Shown piece after piece: positions 12,477 to 23,795 of a stretch of 64,000 nucleotides of DNA. Position numbers and translations under genes: made by a program. Source of the stretch: Camelus dromedarius (Eukaryota); assembly GCF_036321535.1 (NCBI RefSeq), contig NC_087436.1:119042001-119106000 (forward strand), in the 5' to 3' direction. A model generated the notes under the pieces. The model was given only the letters and a program-made list of their open reading frames with translations. It was not told the origin of the DNA and did not search any database. Numbering within the stretch: the stretch's first letter is position 1; every line of letters starts with the position of its first letter.

Positions 12477-14419
12477 TCAGGGACACAACTTATTCTAAAC
12501 AGAAGTGATTCCAACAGGGTGGGGGGAGGGAAGGGAGGGGAGACAGAGGATGGGAGGTGGGGGATGGACCTCCTATCAGACTCTCTCCAGATCAGTCCCT
12601 TTTGTCTGAGAGTCACAGAGCCAGGAAAAGCAGAGTCTGTGATTTTTGCAATGGAAACTGCACCTCTTGGGGATACACCTTGTTCCTGATACTCAGATAT
12701 GCCCCCTCCCCCACCATGTGTTTCTCATGGCACCCTCGGGTGGGGGCCGCTGGCACTGCGGCTCCTATTGTAAAGATGGGGTAAGGGAGACGCTGAGTAT
12801 GGAGGGGCTGGCCCGGGTTCAGATAGCTGGTCAGGCCAGAGCCGCCCGCGCTGGGAGCTGGGCCCCCATGCCCACAAGGAGGACTCCCGGACCACGTGTG
12901 CCCCCACCCCCCAGACCCTGATCTGGGCTTCAGCCTCTGCAGCTGCCCCCACCCAGTTCTCACAGGCCCTCCCTTCCAACCTGCCCTTCCTCGTCCCTTT
13001 CAACTCAGTTCCAGTCAGCTGACCATTACGGACCACCGCTGTATATCAGAGGAGAGGACTGGCCTGCTGCTGCCCTCCCAGAAGTCAATCTCACCACATC
13101 CCTGGATGCTGTCTCTCTGGTCACCATGGTTACTGAGGTTACTCAGCTGTCACCGCATGTCAGGCGTTGCCGCACGAACCCTCCCACACCTCCTACAAGG
13201 TACATGATAATCACACCCACTGCTCAGATGCGGTGGCCGATGCTTAGGCAGGCTAGGTAACTCATCCATGGCAGAGCTGTGACTGGAAACTGCCTGTGGT
13301 GTCCCTGGTCCCCAGCTCCGCCCAGAGGCACTGAGGGTTCGTCTCCACTGGAACAACCAGTGTCCCTGGAAGGAGGCTGGCAGGGATTTCCCTCCCCAAC
13401 TGAGATGTCAAATTGCTGGTAGGAGCATGCTGGGCGCCGTAACGGGCCTCTGGAAAGCTCCTGTGGGTCTTTTTTGGGGGGCTCCGTTATCCAAGGCCGG
13501 GCTGACGGTGCCTTGATCTCCCTGAAGTTCAAGTTCCTCCAGTGCACCCAGGCTCCCCAGGCCCAGCAGGGAGCTGGCACACAGAAGGCGCCCAATAAAT
13601 GCACGGGGAACTTACTCTTCCACAGTCAGGAAAGCAGCTACATGTAGCTCCTTCCACTCAGTTTTACCAGAGCCACCGAGACCCACGGGGAGGGGCTGGC
13701 CCTGACCTCGCCCCTCCACACAGCTCTCAGCAGATCCAAGGTGCATTCCCCCCCTGTGTTTGGTGGGACAGTTGGAACATTAACTGTGAAGCACCCAGGC
13801 GGCTGGCTCATCATCCTAGAGGCAGAGGAACGTGGACTTGGAGGGATGTCCTTTCTGAGTTGGGAGGAGACGGGGGTAGGGCCCAGGAATCACTGTTCAC
13901 CAGGCTCCCTGGGGGAGGTGGGAGCACCCGGCAAGCCGGGGTCTGCCAGCAGGCAGGAGGGCAGGGAGTACGGAAAAGCGAAGTAGATTCCGGGCACCAG
14001 CCAACTGCAGTGGAGATTCCGACAGGCGGGGCGCAGCCCCTGCACGTGGGGACCAGTAGCAGAGCAGTGCTACTGGGAGAAGGAGATGCACTAGCAGATG
14101 AAAAGTGCTCAGAGGAGTGGCCCCGAGTAAGTGTTAGGGCTTCTTACGGCTGTCGCTGCCCTGTGTCACTAGGCGGCGTGTGCGTTCACATCCGTTACGT
14201 CCTCTAATTCTCGCGGCCACTCAGTAAGGCAGCCGCTGTTATACCAGCCTCTCACTTTTACAGAGGAGGAAGCCAAGACAGAAGAGTTAGAGGAATTTCC
14301 CATGGCCACGGGGCTCCTGGTCAGGGCACCCCCATACACACCCCTTCTCGCCTCCTCCCACTGCAGCGCTGTCCCCTCCCGCCCTGCTGTGGGGAATGGG
14401 ACGCACAGCACTCCAAAGT

Positions 14420-14520
14420 GGCTCTAAGCAGGCACTCAACAGTGGTTCTCTGAACAAATGAATGGATGAATACATGAACGAACAAATGAATGGGTGGAGG
14501 GATGAAGGGATGAATGAGCT
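14420..14520 (+). mobile_element. L2 3' end with degenerate (TGAA)n tail
   Basis: agcaggcactcaacagtggttctctgaacaaatgaatggatgaatacatgaacgaacaaatgaat. Confidence 0.6.
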
Positions 14521-15415
14521 CAAAGACAGAAGGAGGACCCCGAATTTAATGGTGGGGAAGGGACCCCCGGGGCAACCCCATGCCAGCAGTAATACAAACA
14601 CTTCCATTACTGTTTATGGCTTCCTGGGCCCATAAGCAAATCCCCCAGGCTCCTGGGGGTGATTAGAAATGGGGAGGGGCTGGGCTTCCTCGCGGGCCAC
14701 ACCGGAGGGCCTGGTTCTGGGAAGCAGCTGTCTTGAGTCCAGATGCTGACATGACAACATCAAGAGAATCTCATTTGCAAACCCAAATTAGTGCTGTCCT
14801 GATGATCATATAAAAGAAGGATGGGCATGTAAAGCGAGCCGTGAACGAGCCTGACCAGGGGTAAAGGCATCAGTGAGGAGCCGCGAGAGCTCATAAAGAA
14901 AGGTTTTGCCATCAAAACACATTTGGTGGTGACTTAGGGATTCAGCTCAATTCTTTGTCTTTTTTTCCTGGGGCAGGGGGGGTGGCTTTTTCCCCTTCTT
15001 TTATCTATGACCAGCTTCATTAAAATACAGAGGTATTATGATATGGATATAAACACACAACAGTGATCATTACACTCACCATGGTGAATTCAGCATTTAT
15101 TAAGTGCTGGTGCTGAGCCTCGCCCTACTCAGAGCCTGTTACAAGCATCACCATATCTGCTTTTGAACAATTTAAGACATTCTTGCCTTTCTGCTGTCTT
15201 TCGATTTGCCTTCCTGAGTGCATCTGACATACTCGTTCACCAAATTAACCCCCGTCCAATCCTGGCCAGAGGCGCTGGACCAGCACTTCCTGTTACAGGG
15301 AAATGATGCTGGCCTTCCATAAGCCACTATTACTGCGTGCATTTCATAGCTTAGAAAAATAAAATGCGGTCTCACCTTGCTTCTTCATTCTTACTGTCAC
15401 ACATCACTGTTTCAC

Positions 15416-15870
15416 TGTGGGGGTTGAAAGGTGGCCCTGCAAAAAGTGTGTCCACATTCTAACCCCCAGAGCCTGTACGTGTGACCCTACTTGTAAAGGT
15501 CTTTGCAGATGTCATAACGTCAAGGATTCAAAACGAGATCATCCGGGATTACCCGAGTGGACCCTCAATCCTCTGACAAGCATCCTTACAAGAGACACAC
15601 AGATGAGAGACACACCGAGAAGAGGAAGGGCCGTGTGACAAGGGAGGCAGAGACTGGAGCGATGTGGCCACAAGCCAAGAAATGTGGGCAGCTTCCAGAA
15701 GCCAGAATAAGCAAGGACGTTGCCTCCCTGGAGGCTCAGCAGGAGCACAGCCCTCTCATCACCGTGACCTCAGACCTCTGGCCTGCGGAACCATGAGAAA
15801 TACATTTCTGCGTTGCAAGCCCCTGAGTTTGTGGCAGTATGTTACGGCAGCCCCAGAAAATAAACACACT
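15416..15870 (+). mobile_element. MLT1B/C-like MaLR solo LTR
   Basis: TG start tgtggggttgaaaggtggccc...gtctttgcagatgt...gactggagcgatgtggccacaagccaagaaatg...tttgtggcagtatgttacggcagccccagaaaataaacaca. Confidence 0.85.
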
Positions 15871-16117
15871 CACTGATCAGAAGTGAACACTAACGATGCG
15901 CTGCCACCCGGCCTGCAGCAAGGACCCAGCAGAAACAGGACACAGGCAGGCAGGATGCACGGACCTAACCCTCCAAAACCAGCAGATTTTATGAACACTT
16001 ATTGCCAGAAACCCAACATTTTAAAGTCAAATACTCAAGCAATGGGCTGTAAAGTCCCTGAACTATTCGAAAGTGGGTAAAAATACATTCAAAAGGATGT
16101 AAAGCAAGGTCCTCATT

Positions 16118-16445
16118 TAGAGCCGCACTGCCCTGTCCAGTGGCCGCCAGTCACACATGACCACTGAGTCACTGAAATGTGGCCACTGAGTCACTGAAAT
16201 GTGGCCAGTCTGAACTGAGATGTGGTGTTAAGAGTAAATACACACTGATTTCAAAGATTTAATACGAAAACAGAATGTGGAATAGCTTATTAATAATGCC
16301 TATATTGGTTACATATGCGTCATACTTTGGATACGTAAGTAACTTACTAAAACGAATTGTACCTTTATCTTTTTACTTGTGTAATGCGGCTACTAGAAAA
16401 TTTAAAATTACACGTGTGGCTCCCATTACATTTCAGTGTTCAGTG
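16118..16445. mobile_element. MER33/MER3-like hAT-Charlie element
   Basis: gaaatgtggccagtctgaactgagatgtg...gtaaatacacactgatttcaaagattt...gcggctactagaaaatttaaaattacacgtgtggctc. Confidence 0.8.
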
Positions 16446-16599
16446 TTCATTTAGACTATGCTGAAAATTTAGTAATTTGGGGAATTTAAAAATTGTGTGT
16501 GCCATTAGGTTGGTTAAAAAAAAAAACTTATATGGCAGAAAAGACTAAGGACCCAAAGGGATGTAAAAGGACCCCCCAAAAGTCCAATATTGATCAACT

Positions 16600-16880
16600 T
16601 ACAGCAGCGGTGACTTACCACTGCCCCTAATCCCTGTCCCCCAACTGGCTCCAACAGCAACAGAGCTTCTTTACCATATGACCACACACCCACGCCGCCC
16701 TCAGCTGACTGGATCAAGGGGTGGACAACCCCCTTTAGAGGCAGCCAATCACCAGGCTGCCCAGAGAGCTTAGCCAATCACATTTCTCTTCCAAGGGGAA
16801 CCCTGAACAGTCCTGAGTGATGAGCTCAGGAAGCATAAGGATCCCTGGGGGCTGCAGGACTGGCAGCTGAAGCCATGAAA
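16600..16880. mobile_element. ERVL-type LTR fragment (LTR16/LTR33-like)
   Basis: cagctgactggatcaaggggtggacaacc...gccaatcacattctcttccaagggga. Confidence 0.45.
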
Positions 16881-16889
16881 ACCACAAAC

Positions 16890-17219
16890 ACAGCTGGCCC
16901 TGTGGTTGAGCATCCTCAGATCAAAAACAAATTTTTTGAAAAACAATTTCAGAAAGTTCCCCAAAGCAAAACGTGACTCCCCTCCCCCAACCCTGGAAAC
17001 TATTTATGTAACATTTACAGTGTATTTACAAGGCAGCATTTACACTGTTACTAGGTATTACAAGTGATCTAGACGTGCTGAAAGTATACGGGAGGACGTG
17101 CGTGGGTCACAAGCAAGTACTAGCCACTTCACATAAGGGACCTGAGCACGTGCATCAGCTGGGTTCGGACCTCAGGGGTCCCGGAACCAGTGCCTCGTGG
17201 ATGTCAAGGGATGACTGTA
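16890..17219. mobile_element. TcMar-Tigger derivative (Tigger3/MER7-like)
   Basis: agaaagttccccaaagcaaaac...gcatttacactgttactaggtattacaagtgatctaga...ggaaccagtgcctcgtggatgtcaagggatgactgta ending in TA. Confidence 0.75.
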
Positions 17220-17224
17220 ATCCA

Positions 17225-17378
17225 GAGCAGGGCATGCTGGCAATTACAGCAGAGCCTGTTAAGAATGCAGATTCCTCGGTCTTGCCCCAGGAAGTCTGGG
17301 TGGGGCCTGGGAATCTGTATTTTAAATAAGCTCCTGAGTGCGTCTGCTAAAGGTCTATGGGTCACACAGTGAGAAATG
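17225..17378. mobile_element. MER5A-like hAT-Charlie fragment
   Basis: gttaagaatgcagattcctcgg...tggggcctgggaatctgtattttaaataagctcc...cacacagtgagaaa. Confidence 0.7.
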
Positions 17379-18499
17379 CCAAGGGCAAAGGTTGTGGAGG
17401 TCAGTGGGGATGGGGGGAGGATGGAGGATGCGGGGCAGACCAGGCTGGCTGCCTTGGGTCCAGTTCAGGGGGCCAGAGCCAGCCAGAGATGTCATTGTTT
17501 GTCTCTGGGGTTCCAAGAGGATCCTAGAGAACCCTCATCAAACAAAGCCCCCATGCCACGTGGCCTCCGTGAGCTTCCCAGAAAACTGGCCACTGGGTGC
17601 CAAGCTCTCAGCCCACTAGCTTAGAGCAGATGGACCCGGCATGCTCTTCCTGTCTTTCATTTGGCAGCTGTTTGATGAAAGCTCCATTTTCACCTCCACT
17701 TGAAGGCTTCTCTGGTTTCAGATCTTGGGGAAATCTTCTGCCAGGAAGCAGAGTTTAGGTGAGGAGCCAGCCTGGTGTTGCCACCTAAACCTGGCACGTG
17801 TCCCTTGGATGCCCTTAATTAAACAGAGGGCCCCAGCTCTGTACCACTAGCAAGTTGGCAAGCAAGAGACGGACACTCCTGCTCAGAATGGGGCTTCCCA
17901 GCCTCAGGACCACTTTCCAAGGGGCCCCAAGGCAGGAGCCCGCCTGGCAGCCTCACCGAGCTGCTGAAGCCACGTGTGAGCTGTAATTACAGCTGTTCGC
18001 GAGCCTGCGCGGAGCTGGGAGCGAGCTGGGCGTGCTTGTTCTCACAGAGCCTAATGAAGCATCCCGTGTTCTACAAACCTCGCTGTGTGATTTAATTAAC
18101 CCTCCGCCCCGGGTGTGCCCTAGCCACCCACTGCAAAGAAGGAGACCCCACCCCAACTCGGGGAGCAGCGGCAGTGACTGACTAGTTGGGGGTGTTCGCT
18201 ACAGGGAGATCCGGTGTGGGAAAGAAGAGCGCTCACACGCCTGCTGGTGGGCTCTGGGATTTGAGTCCAGATTTAGATGGAAGACAAAATATCAAACAGA
18301 TAATGGAGGGGGGCATGCCAGGTGACAGGCACCGCGTGGCATGGTGGTAGGAATGTGTCTGGCAGGAAGGAAGGGGCTACGGAGAGGGCCATCCTGGCTG
18401 GTGTGTGGACGGGTGAGGATGAAACCTGGCCCGGCCACTTACCAGCTGAGCAAGTCTGGCCAAGTCGCTCTTTTTCAGAAACACTTATGTAGGACCAAA

Positions 18500-18660
18500 G
18501 TCCTTCATGTACACTGATTATTTCATCCTCACAATGGCCCTGTGGATTTGGGACTATTATTACTCCCATTTTAATGATGAAAAGACTGAGGGTCAGAGAG
18601 GGCAAGGAAGGTGCCTCAAGTCACACAGCCAGGAAGTGGTGGGGCCAGGATTCCAGCTCG
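18500..18660 (-). mobile_element. MIR SINE
   Basis: tcatcctcacaatggccctgtg...cccattttaatgatgaaaagactgagggtcagagag...aagtcacacagc. Confidence 0.8.
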
Positions 18661-18703
18661 GCCCTCTGTGCCTACCTCCAGTGCCGGTGTGAAGATTAGC
18701 GCT

Positions 18704-18860
18704 GGGGGGGGGGTATAGCTCAGAGGTAGACTGTGTGCTTAGCGTGCACGAGGTCCTGGGTTCAATCCCAGGTACCTCTATTATCAAATAAGTAAATAAA
18801 TAAACCTAGTACCCCCATCCAAAAATGAAAAGGAGAGAAAAAGATTTAAAAAAGAAAAAG
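18704..18860 (+). mobile_element. tRNA-Ala-derived SINE (camelid Vic-1-like)
   Basis: GGGGGTATAGCTCAGAGGTAGACTGTGTGCTTAGCGTGCACGAGGTCCTGGGTTCAATCCCAGGTACCTC head, taaataaacctagtacc tail, A-rich end, TSD aagattagcgct / aaggcttagcgct. Confidence 0.88.
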
Positions 18861-19094
18861 GCTTAGCGCTGATGCCGTGATGCTCCCAGTATGAGGCTGG
18901 CATCCAGCAAGGAGGAGCACGAAGGAGGTTCCCTTCTCCCGGCCCCTTTCAACCTTCCTCCTAGCATTCACTCCTCCTTACTCACCCCCTGCTCCACACA
19001 AATTATGGTTCTCCCCAAATCACCTCCATTCTTGTAAATTTTCAAATTTGGGTCTCTTCTCCACCTGGACTCTTCTAACAGCCCTCTGTCCTGG

Positions 19095-19260
19095 TGGCTC
19101 TGCCACTTACCTGGGTTACTTAATATTCATGATGCCTCAATTTCGTCATCTGGGAAATGAGGATAATGACGCCTCAAGGGACTGTTCTGAGGATTAAATG
19201 AGTTGATAGCTGAAAATGATTTAGTGCCTGGCAAACAGCAAGGCTACTTAAGTATTCATT
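19095..19260 (+). mobile_element. MIR SINE
   Basis: ggctctgccacttacctgggttacttaa...gcctcaatttcgtcatctgggaaatgaggataat...gaggattaaatgag. Confidence 0.75.
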
Positions 19261-19629
19261 AAATATAAAGAAAGTTGTGGGTTCCAGTTTTTTCTTAGAC
19301 CTTCCTGCTGGTGGGGGAGGGTGTGACAAGCATTCCTACATCCGACTAGTGACTGCAGAGTGGCCTTGGGCCACACACCTGGTCCAGCTCAGTAAAGGCA
19401 CTCTCCAGGGGTCTAGGCCAATAATAACAACCACAGTGGCCACCCTGACTGAGCATCTCCCTGCACTGGACACTTGCTGTTCCTTGTGCAATCACCATGG
19501 CAACCCTAGGACGCGCTCACTGATTTGCATTTTCCAGATGAAGAAACTGAGGTGTAGGGCCTTTTCCAGCGTTACTTTGGACGGTGCCCCGAGGACTGAG
19601 GCAGACAGTGGTCTGAGCTGCTCTGTGAT

Positions 19630-20100
19630 GGGGAGCTGGGTTCAATCATAGCCACGATACTTTGGGGAAACAGAGACGAACTCAAGTGCATTCTGAGTCA
19701 AGCACTCAGGGGGCACAAAGAACCTCAAATCCCATTCCAAAAGGCACCTTTGAAGAAACGTGGGATGTTTAACCAGGAGAAGACAAAATTCAGGGAGGAC
19801 GAGGCTCACTGTGAGGTTTCCAGGAGGTTACTGTGGTTAAGAGCAAGCTGTCTTGGCTTGTGTGGCCGCAGGGGCCAAGCCAGTCCAGTGAGTGGAAACT
19901 CAGGGAGATAAACTCAACTCAGTTTATGGACGAACCTACCAGCTCTGACGTTAGCTGAAGGTAGAACAGTAGAGAGGGGTGAGCTCCCCATCACTAGAGG
20001 TGTGCAAACAGAAGGGGCAGGTTCCCTTGTAGAAAATGCTGTGGAGGGAAACCGAAGATCATTTAGGCCCTGGGTTTCCTCTGGCCCTGAGATTCAAGGA
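19630..20100 (+). mobile_element. L3/CR1 LINE 3' fragment
   Basis: gggatgtttaaccaggagaagacaaaattcagggagg...gtgagctccccatcactagaggtgtgcaaacaga is typical of L3/CR1. Confidence 0.7.
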
Positions 20101-20856
20101 GCCCGAGTCCACCCCAGACATGAGCTCCTCTGAGAAGCTTCCACCACCTCCCAGCAACGGCTCGCCTGGGCCTGTGCCCAGTGAGGAGCACACAGAGGGA
20201 GCCTGGGAAATCCTCACTGGATGGTTTTAAAAGCCACCTTGGATAAAAGGTCAGTTTTGCTGACATTAAAAAAAAAAAAGCTGTTCTCTTACAACTTCAG
20301 AAGTTGATAATTAATCACCTGCCAGTCAGGTGCAGCAAGGAGGAGATAAAGAGATGGAACATAATATTTATTCAGGAACAGTGTGTGGGGCATCGTGCTA
20401 GACTTTGCCGCTGTTCTTCTTCCCCTCCCCTCAAGATGACCCACACGGCAGGCGGTGTTGCCCCATTTCACAGGTGAGGATGACGAGGCTCAGGGAGGCT
20501 AAATGTCCCATCAAATATTATGGTGATTTGCACTCTTAGGCCCCCGGGCACACAGTAGGTGCTCCTTAGATGACACTGTGTGCTTGAACAAAACAAAGAA
20601 ATGCCCAAGCAGCACAGCTTCTGAGGGCAGAGTCAGGCTCGAGCCTGACCCGGTGCTTTTGTGCACTTGAAACTTAACCATTTTGTCTTCTCTCCAAATC
20701 CAACAGCATCCTCATCTAAAGCCCCATGTGAGAGAGGCTGGCCAAGCACCACAGATGACTCTAACAGTCACACCTCCCCCCCCCCTCAACTCATGGGACT
20801 GAGACCCAATCATTTCTTGAAGATTTCCTGCTGTTTCCTCCAAGAACAGACAGAGT

Positions 20857-20897
20857 GTACACACACTCATACTCACACTCACACATGCACACACACA
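20857..20897. repeat. Imperfect (CA)n microsatellite
   Basis: tacacacactcatactcacactcacacatgcacacacacac. Confidence 0.8.
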
Positions 20898-21199
20898 CCC
20901 CCACCAGCTGAGGCTGAACCCTCTGTTATTCAGCTACTTGGGGTCGCACACTTGGCCCAGGTTTATCACTGATGAAGTACCACTGGTGACCCCAGCACAA
21001 CCCATCTCAACCCCTAATTAAACTTCCAGGAGGATGCTGCTGGGTGCCCATCCGGGAGGCCACGGGTGCTAGTCTTGGCATGGCCATCAGAGCCAGGAGT
21101 TAACCCCTGGTGAGAAGACCCCGGCCGCCTTCTCTGTCTACACAGAGTGTGGGCCTGGTTTCCTGTGATGATGGCAGTAAGCAGACCCAGATCTACACT

Positions 21200-21345
21200 G
21201 CAGGCTGGGGCATCACCTGCGTTTTATATTTCAACACCCCAACAATCCTCTTGTTGGCAAATGGAGAAACTGAGGCCCCGAGAAGTGAAGTGACTGGCCC
21301 CGGGCCACAGCTGGCAAGTGGCAGAGCTGGAGTTCCCACTCAGGA
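21200..21345 (-). mobile_element. MIR SINE
   Basis: caaatggagaaactgaggccccgagaagtgaagtgactggcccc...gcaagtggcagagctgg. Confidence 0.75.
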
Positions 21346-22359
21346 CCGCCAGCTCCCAACCCCTCACCGTCCCCTGAAGCCCCTGCTCACTCCTTCCTCA
21401 TCTCCCAGTGGCCTTCATCCTCCTCCCCGAGCCTTGGCCCCAAACGCAGTGGGTTCATTACACTCTCTTCATCGGAATCAGTGACTCTGTGGTCAGTGCC
21501 ATGTTGCCAATCATTTGCCCCAAAAAAGGAGCCTCAAGCTACCAGTGCCAGCAGATCCACATCCACCATTCCAGCCTGGGGCAGCCCAGAGCCCCACTGA
21601 AACCACCAATGACACATCTCAAGGTGAGACTTCCAGCTGTTTAAATCCATTTGTATTTGGCGGATGCTCAGCATCTTATTTTAAAGGCAAATTTGCGCCT
21701 GCTTTACTGTTTCTGCCCAGCCCGAGGCTCAAGTGGGTCTGGGCCACGGCGACAGTTACACTTCCGGAAGCACCTCTATGTCCTGAATGCTGTGCAGATT
21801 TGGGGCAGTGGCCAAGGGCACTGAAGAGCTGCGGACACTCAGAGGACCCCTGAAGGTCAACCAGTCTGACTCTCTCTGGTGTCCTCTCTCCATGGCCCCC
21901 CAAGTGGACCTCCAGCCAAGACTCTCATACCTCCCTTGATGGGGAACTCATTACCTTTTTGTACAACCCAACCCAATTGCAGGTAGCTGTGGGGATAAGA
22001 ATATACGCCCCCCCACTCTCCCCTTACTAGTGTCCCCTTTTGTCCCGGGGCTGTCAGCTGAGCCCACACAGAGCGTCCATCTCCTGTATCCACAGGCCAA
22101 GTGATAAGGGCCTCAGGTTTTTTGTTCCAATCCCTGCTTGTCAAATTGGGTCTTTCCATTTGGATTTTCACCAGCAGTTTAAACTCAAGATGTCTAGGCC
22201 TGAGCCCACCATCCTCCAGAACAAACCCACTCCTCTGCCACCTCTGCCCACAAGCCTGGCCTTAAAGCTGGGGTCACAACATCCCCTCCCACCTCCCTCG
22301 CAATCACAGGCGGGCCAGGTACTGCGATCGGCAGGCGACCCGTATGCCCAGCCCTGGGC

Positions 22360-22500
22360 TGCATGCTTTACATGCACACAACCCTGCAGCAGGGAGTCCC
22401 CCATTCTACAGATGAGAGAACTGAGGTTCAGAGAGGTCATACAACTTGACAAAGTCATCCAGCTTCCAAGGGAGCCAGGATTCAAACCCAGGTCTGACTC
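22360..22500 (-). mobile_element. MIR SINE
   Basis: cccattctacagatgagagaactgaggttcagagagg...ccaggattcaaacccaggtctgactcc. Confidence 0.8.
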
Positions 22501-23280
22501 CACTACCCAACGAAAATGCCGCAGCCGATCCAGCAGCACGCCTGTCTGTCCTGTCATCTAGATGTCCCTCGTCAGTTTCCTCTGGGACCCCCCCCCCCCG
22601 CCCCAGCCTCTGCCAGCTTAGCTCACCCCCAACTGCCTCTGGTCTCACCCACCCCATTCTCTCTCCAGCCTGAGCTTTCCCAAACAGCCGACCAGCCACC
22701 ACCTCCTCGATGACGTAGGAGCCCCGTACTGGGTCCAGCTTCTCTCTTGCCATCCCCGCTACCCCTCCCTCACCTCTGCTCCAGTCACACTGACCTACTG
22801 GCCAGGCCTGGGCTGCCCACATGCCCTCTGGCTGCACAAATGCCACTCTGTATCCAGATCTTTCTGTTTCTCAAGATTTTGGTTCCGAACACAGAGCCAC
22901 ACCAATACCACCCCGCAGGATGGCAGGGACCATCTGACAGGGTTGGGGGAGCAGGGGAGATGCTTCTTCCAGACTCCTGCTGTGTCCTCTGCAGTACACT
23001 CCTGGCCTCTCCCCTCCTCGGGAAGGAGGGTGACCCACTCTGATCTGTACATATGGAAGGAGGGCTGGGCGTAAGGAGCCCCGCCCCTCCTCCCCCCTTC
23101 CTCCTGGGAGCCCAGCGCCCAGGAGGGCCCGCTCTGCTCTGCGCCTGCCTGCCTGCCTGCCAGTTCAGAGATGGGTGGGTATGCTAGACAAATTCTGGGG
23201 CTCAGCATTCGGAAGCCCACTTGGCCAGCGCACCTAAGCCAGGCGCTCGGTGTCCACGATGAGGGGCCAGGTGTGCTGCT

Positions 23281-23326
23281 CTGCCTCTCCCTGCTGCCTC
23301 TCCCTGCTGCCTCCCCCTGCTGCCTC
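23281..23326. repeat. 13-bp minisatellite (CTGCCTCTCCCTG) x~3.5
   Basis: ctgcctctccctg ctgcctctccctg ctgcctccccctg ctgcctc. Confidence 0.85.
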
Positions 23327-23611
23327 CTTTGCCTAGTGTCTCACTGGGGTCTGACCCCGAGCTCCGGGCCCCCTACAAGGACGTCACAAAGGGTGGGGGC
23401 GTGGTAAGTGAAACGGGACAGGAGGCAGGGCGGTGGTGGTACTGCTTCTTCTAGATAAGAAAACAAAAAGAGGCTCTTAGCCCCGGGGACTAGATTTTCA
23501 GCTGGTTCCTCCTTGGGTTACATCAGTAAGGGCGTGGCCCCCCCAATTCCACTGCCTGCAGACCCAGGCTTCAGGCCTCCTGGGGAACTTCCGATAAGAA
23601 GCACCACCCTA

Positions 23612-23795
23612 GGTAAACCACAAGGACCTGCTGCAGAGCGCAGGGAACTATATTCAATAGCTTGTAACAGCCCATAATGGAACAGAATCTGAAAAAGAAT
23701 ATATATGTATAACTGAATCACTTTGCTGTACCCCTGAAACACTGTGAATCAACTATATTTCAATAAAAATTAAAGAAAAAAGTTTTTTAAAAAAG
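23612..23795 (+). mobile_element. 5'-truncated cetartiodactyl/camelid-type L1 3' end
   Basis: cagggaactatattcaatagcttgtaacag...tatatgtataactgaatcactttgctgtacccctgaaac...caataaaaa with A tail; approximate TSD aagaagca(gca)ccac. Confidence 0.85.

Noticed and set aside
22805..22835. CTCF-like motifs (also ~29875 and ~59360)
   Set aside because: Only partial matches by eye; they cannot be separated from background without PWM scoring or ChIP data.
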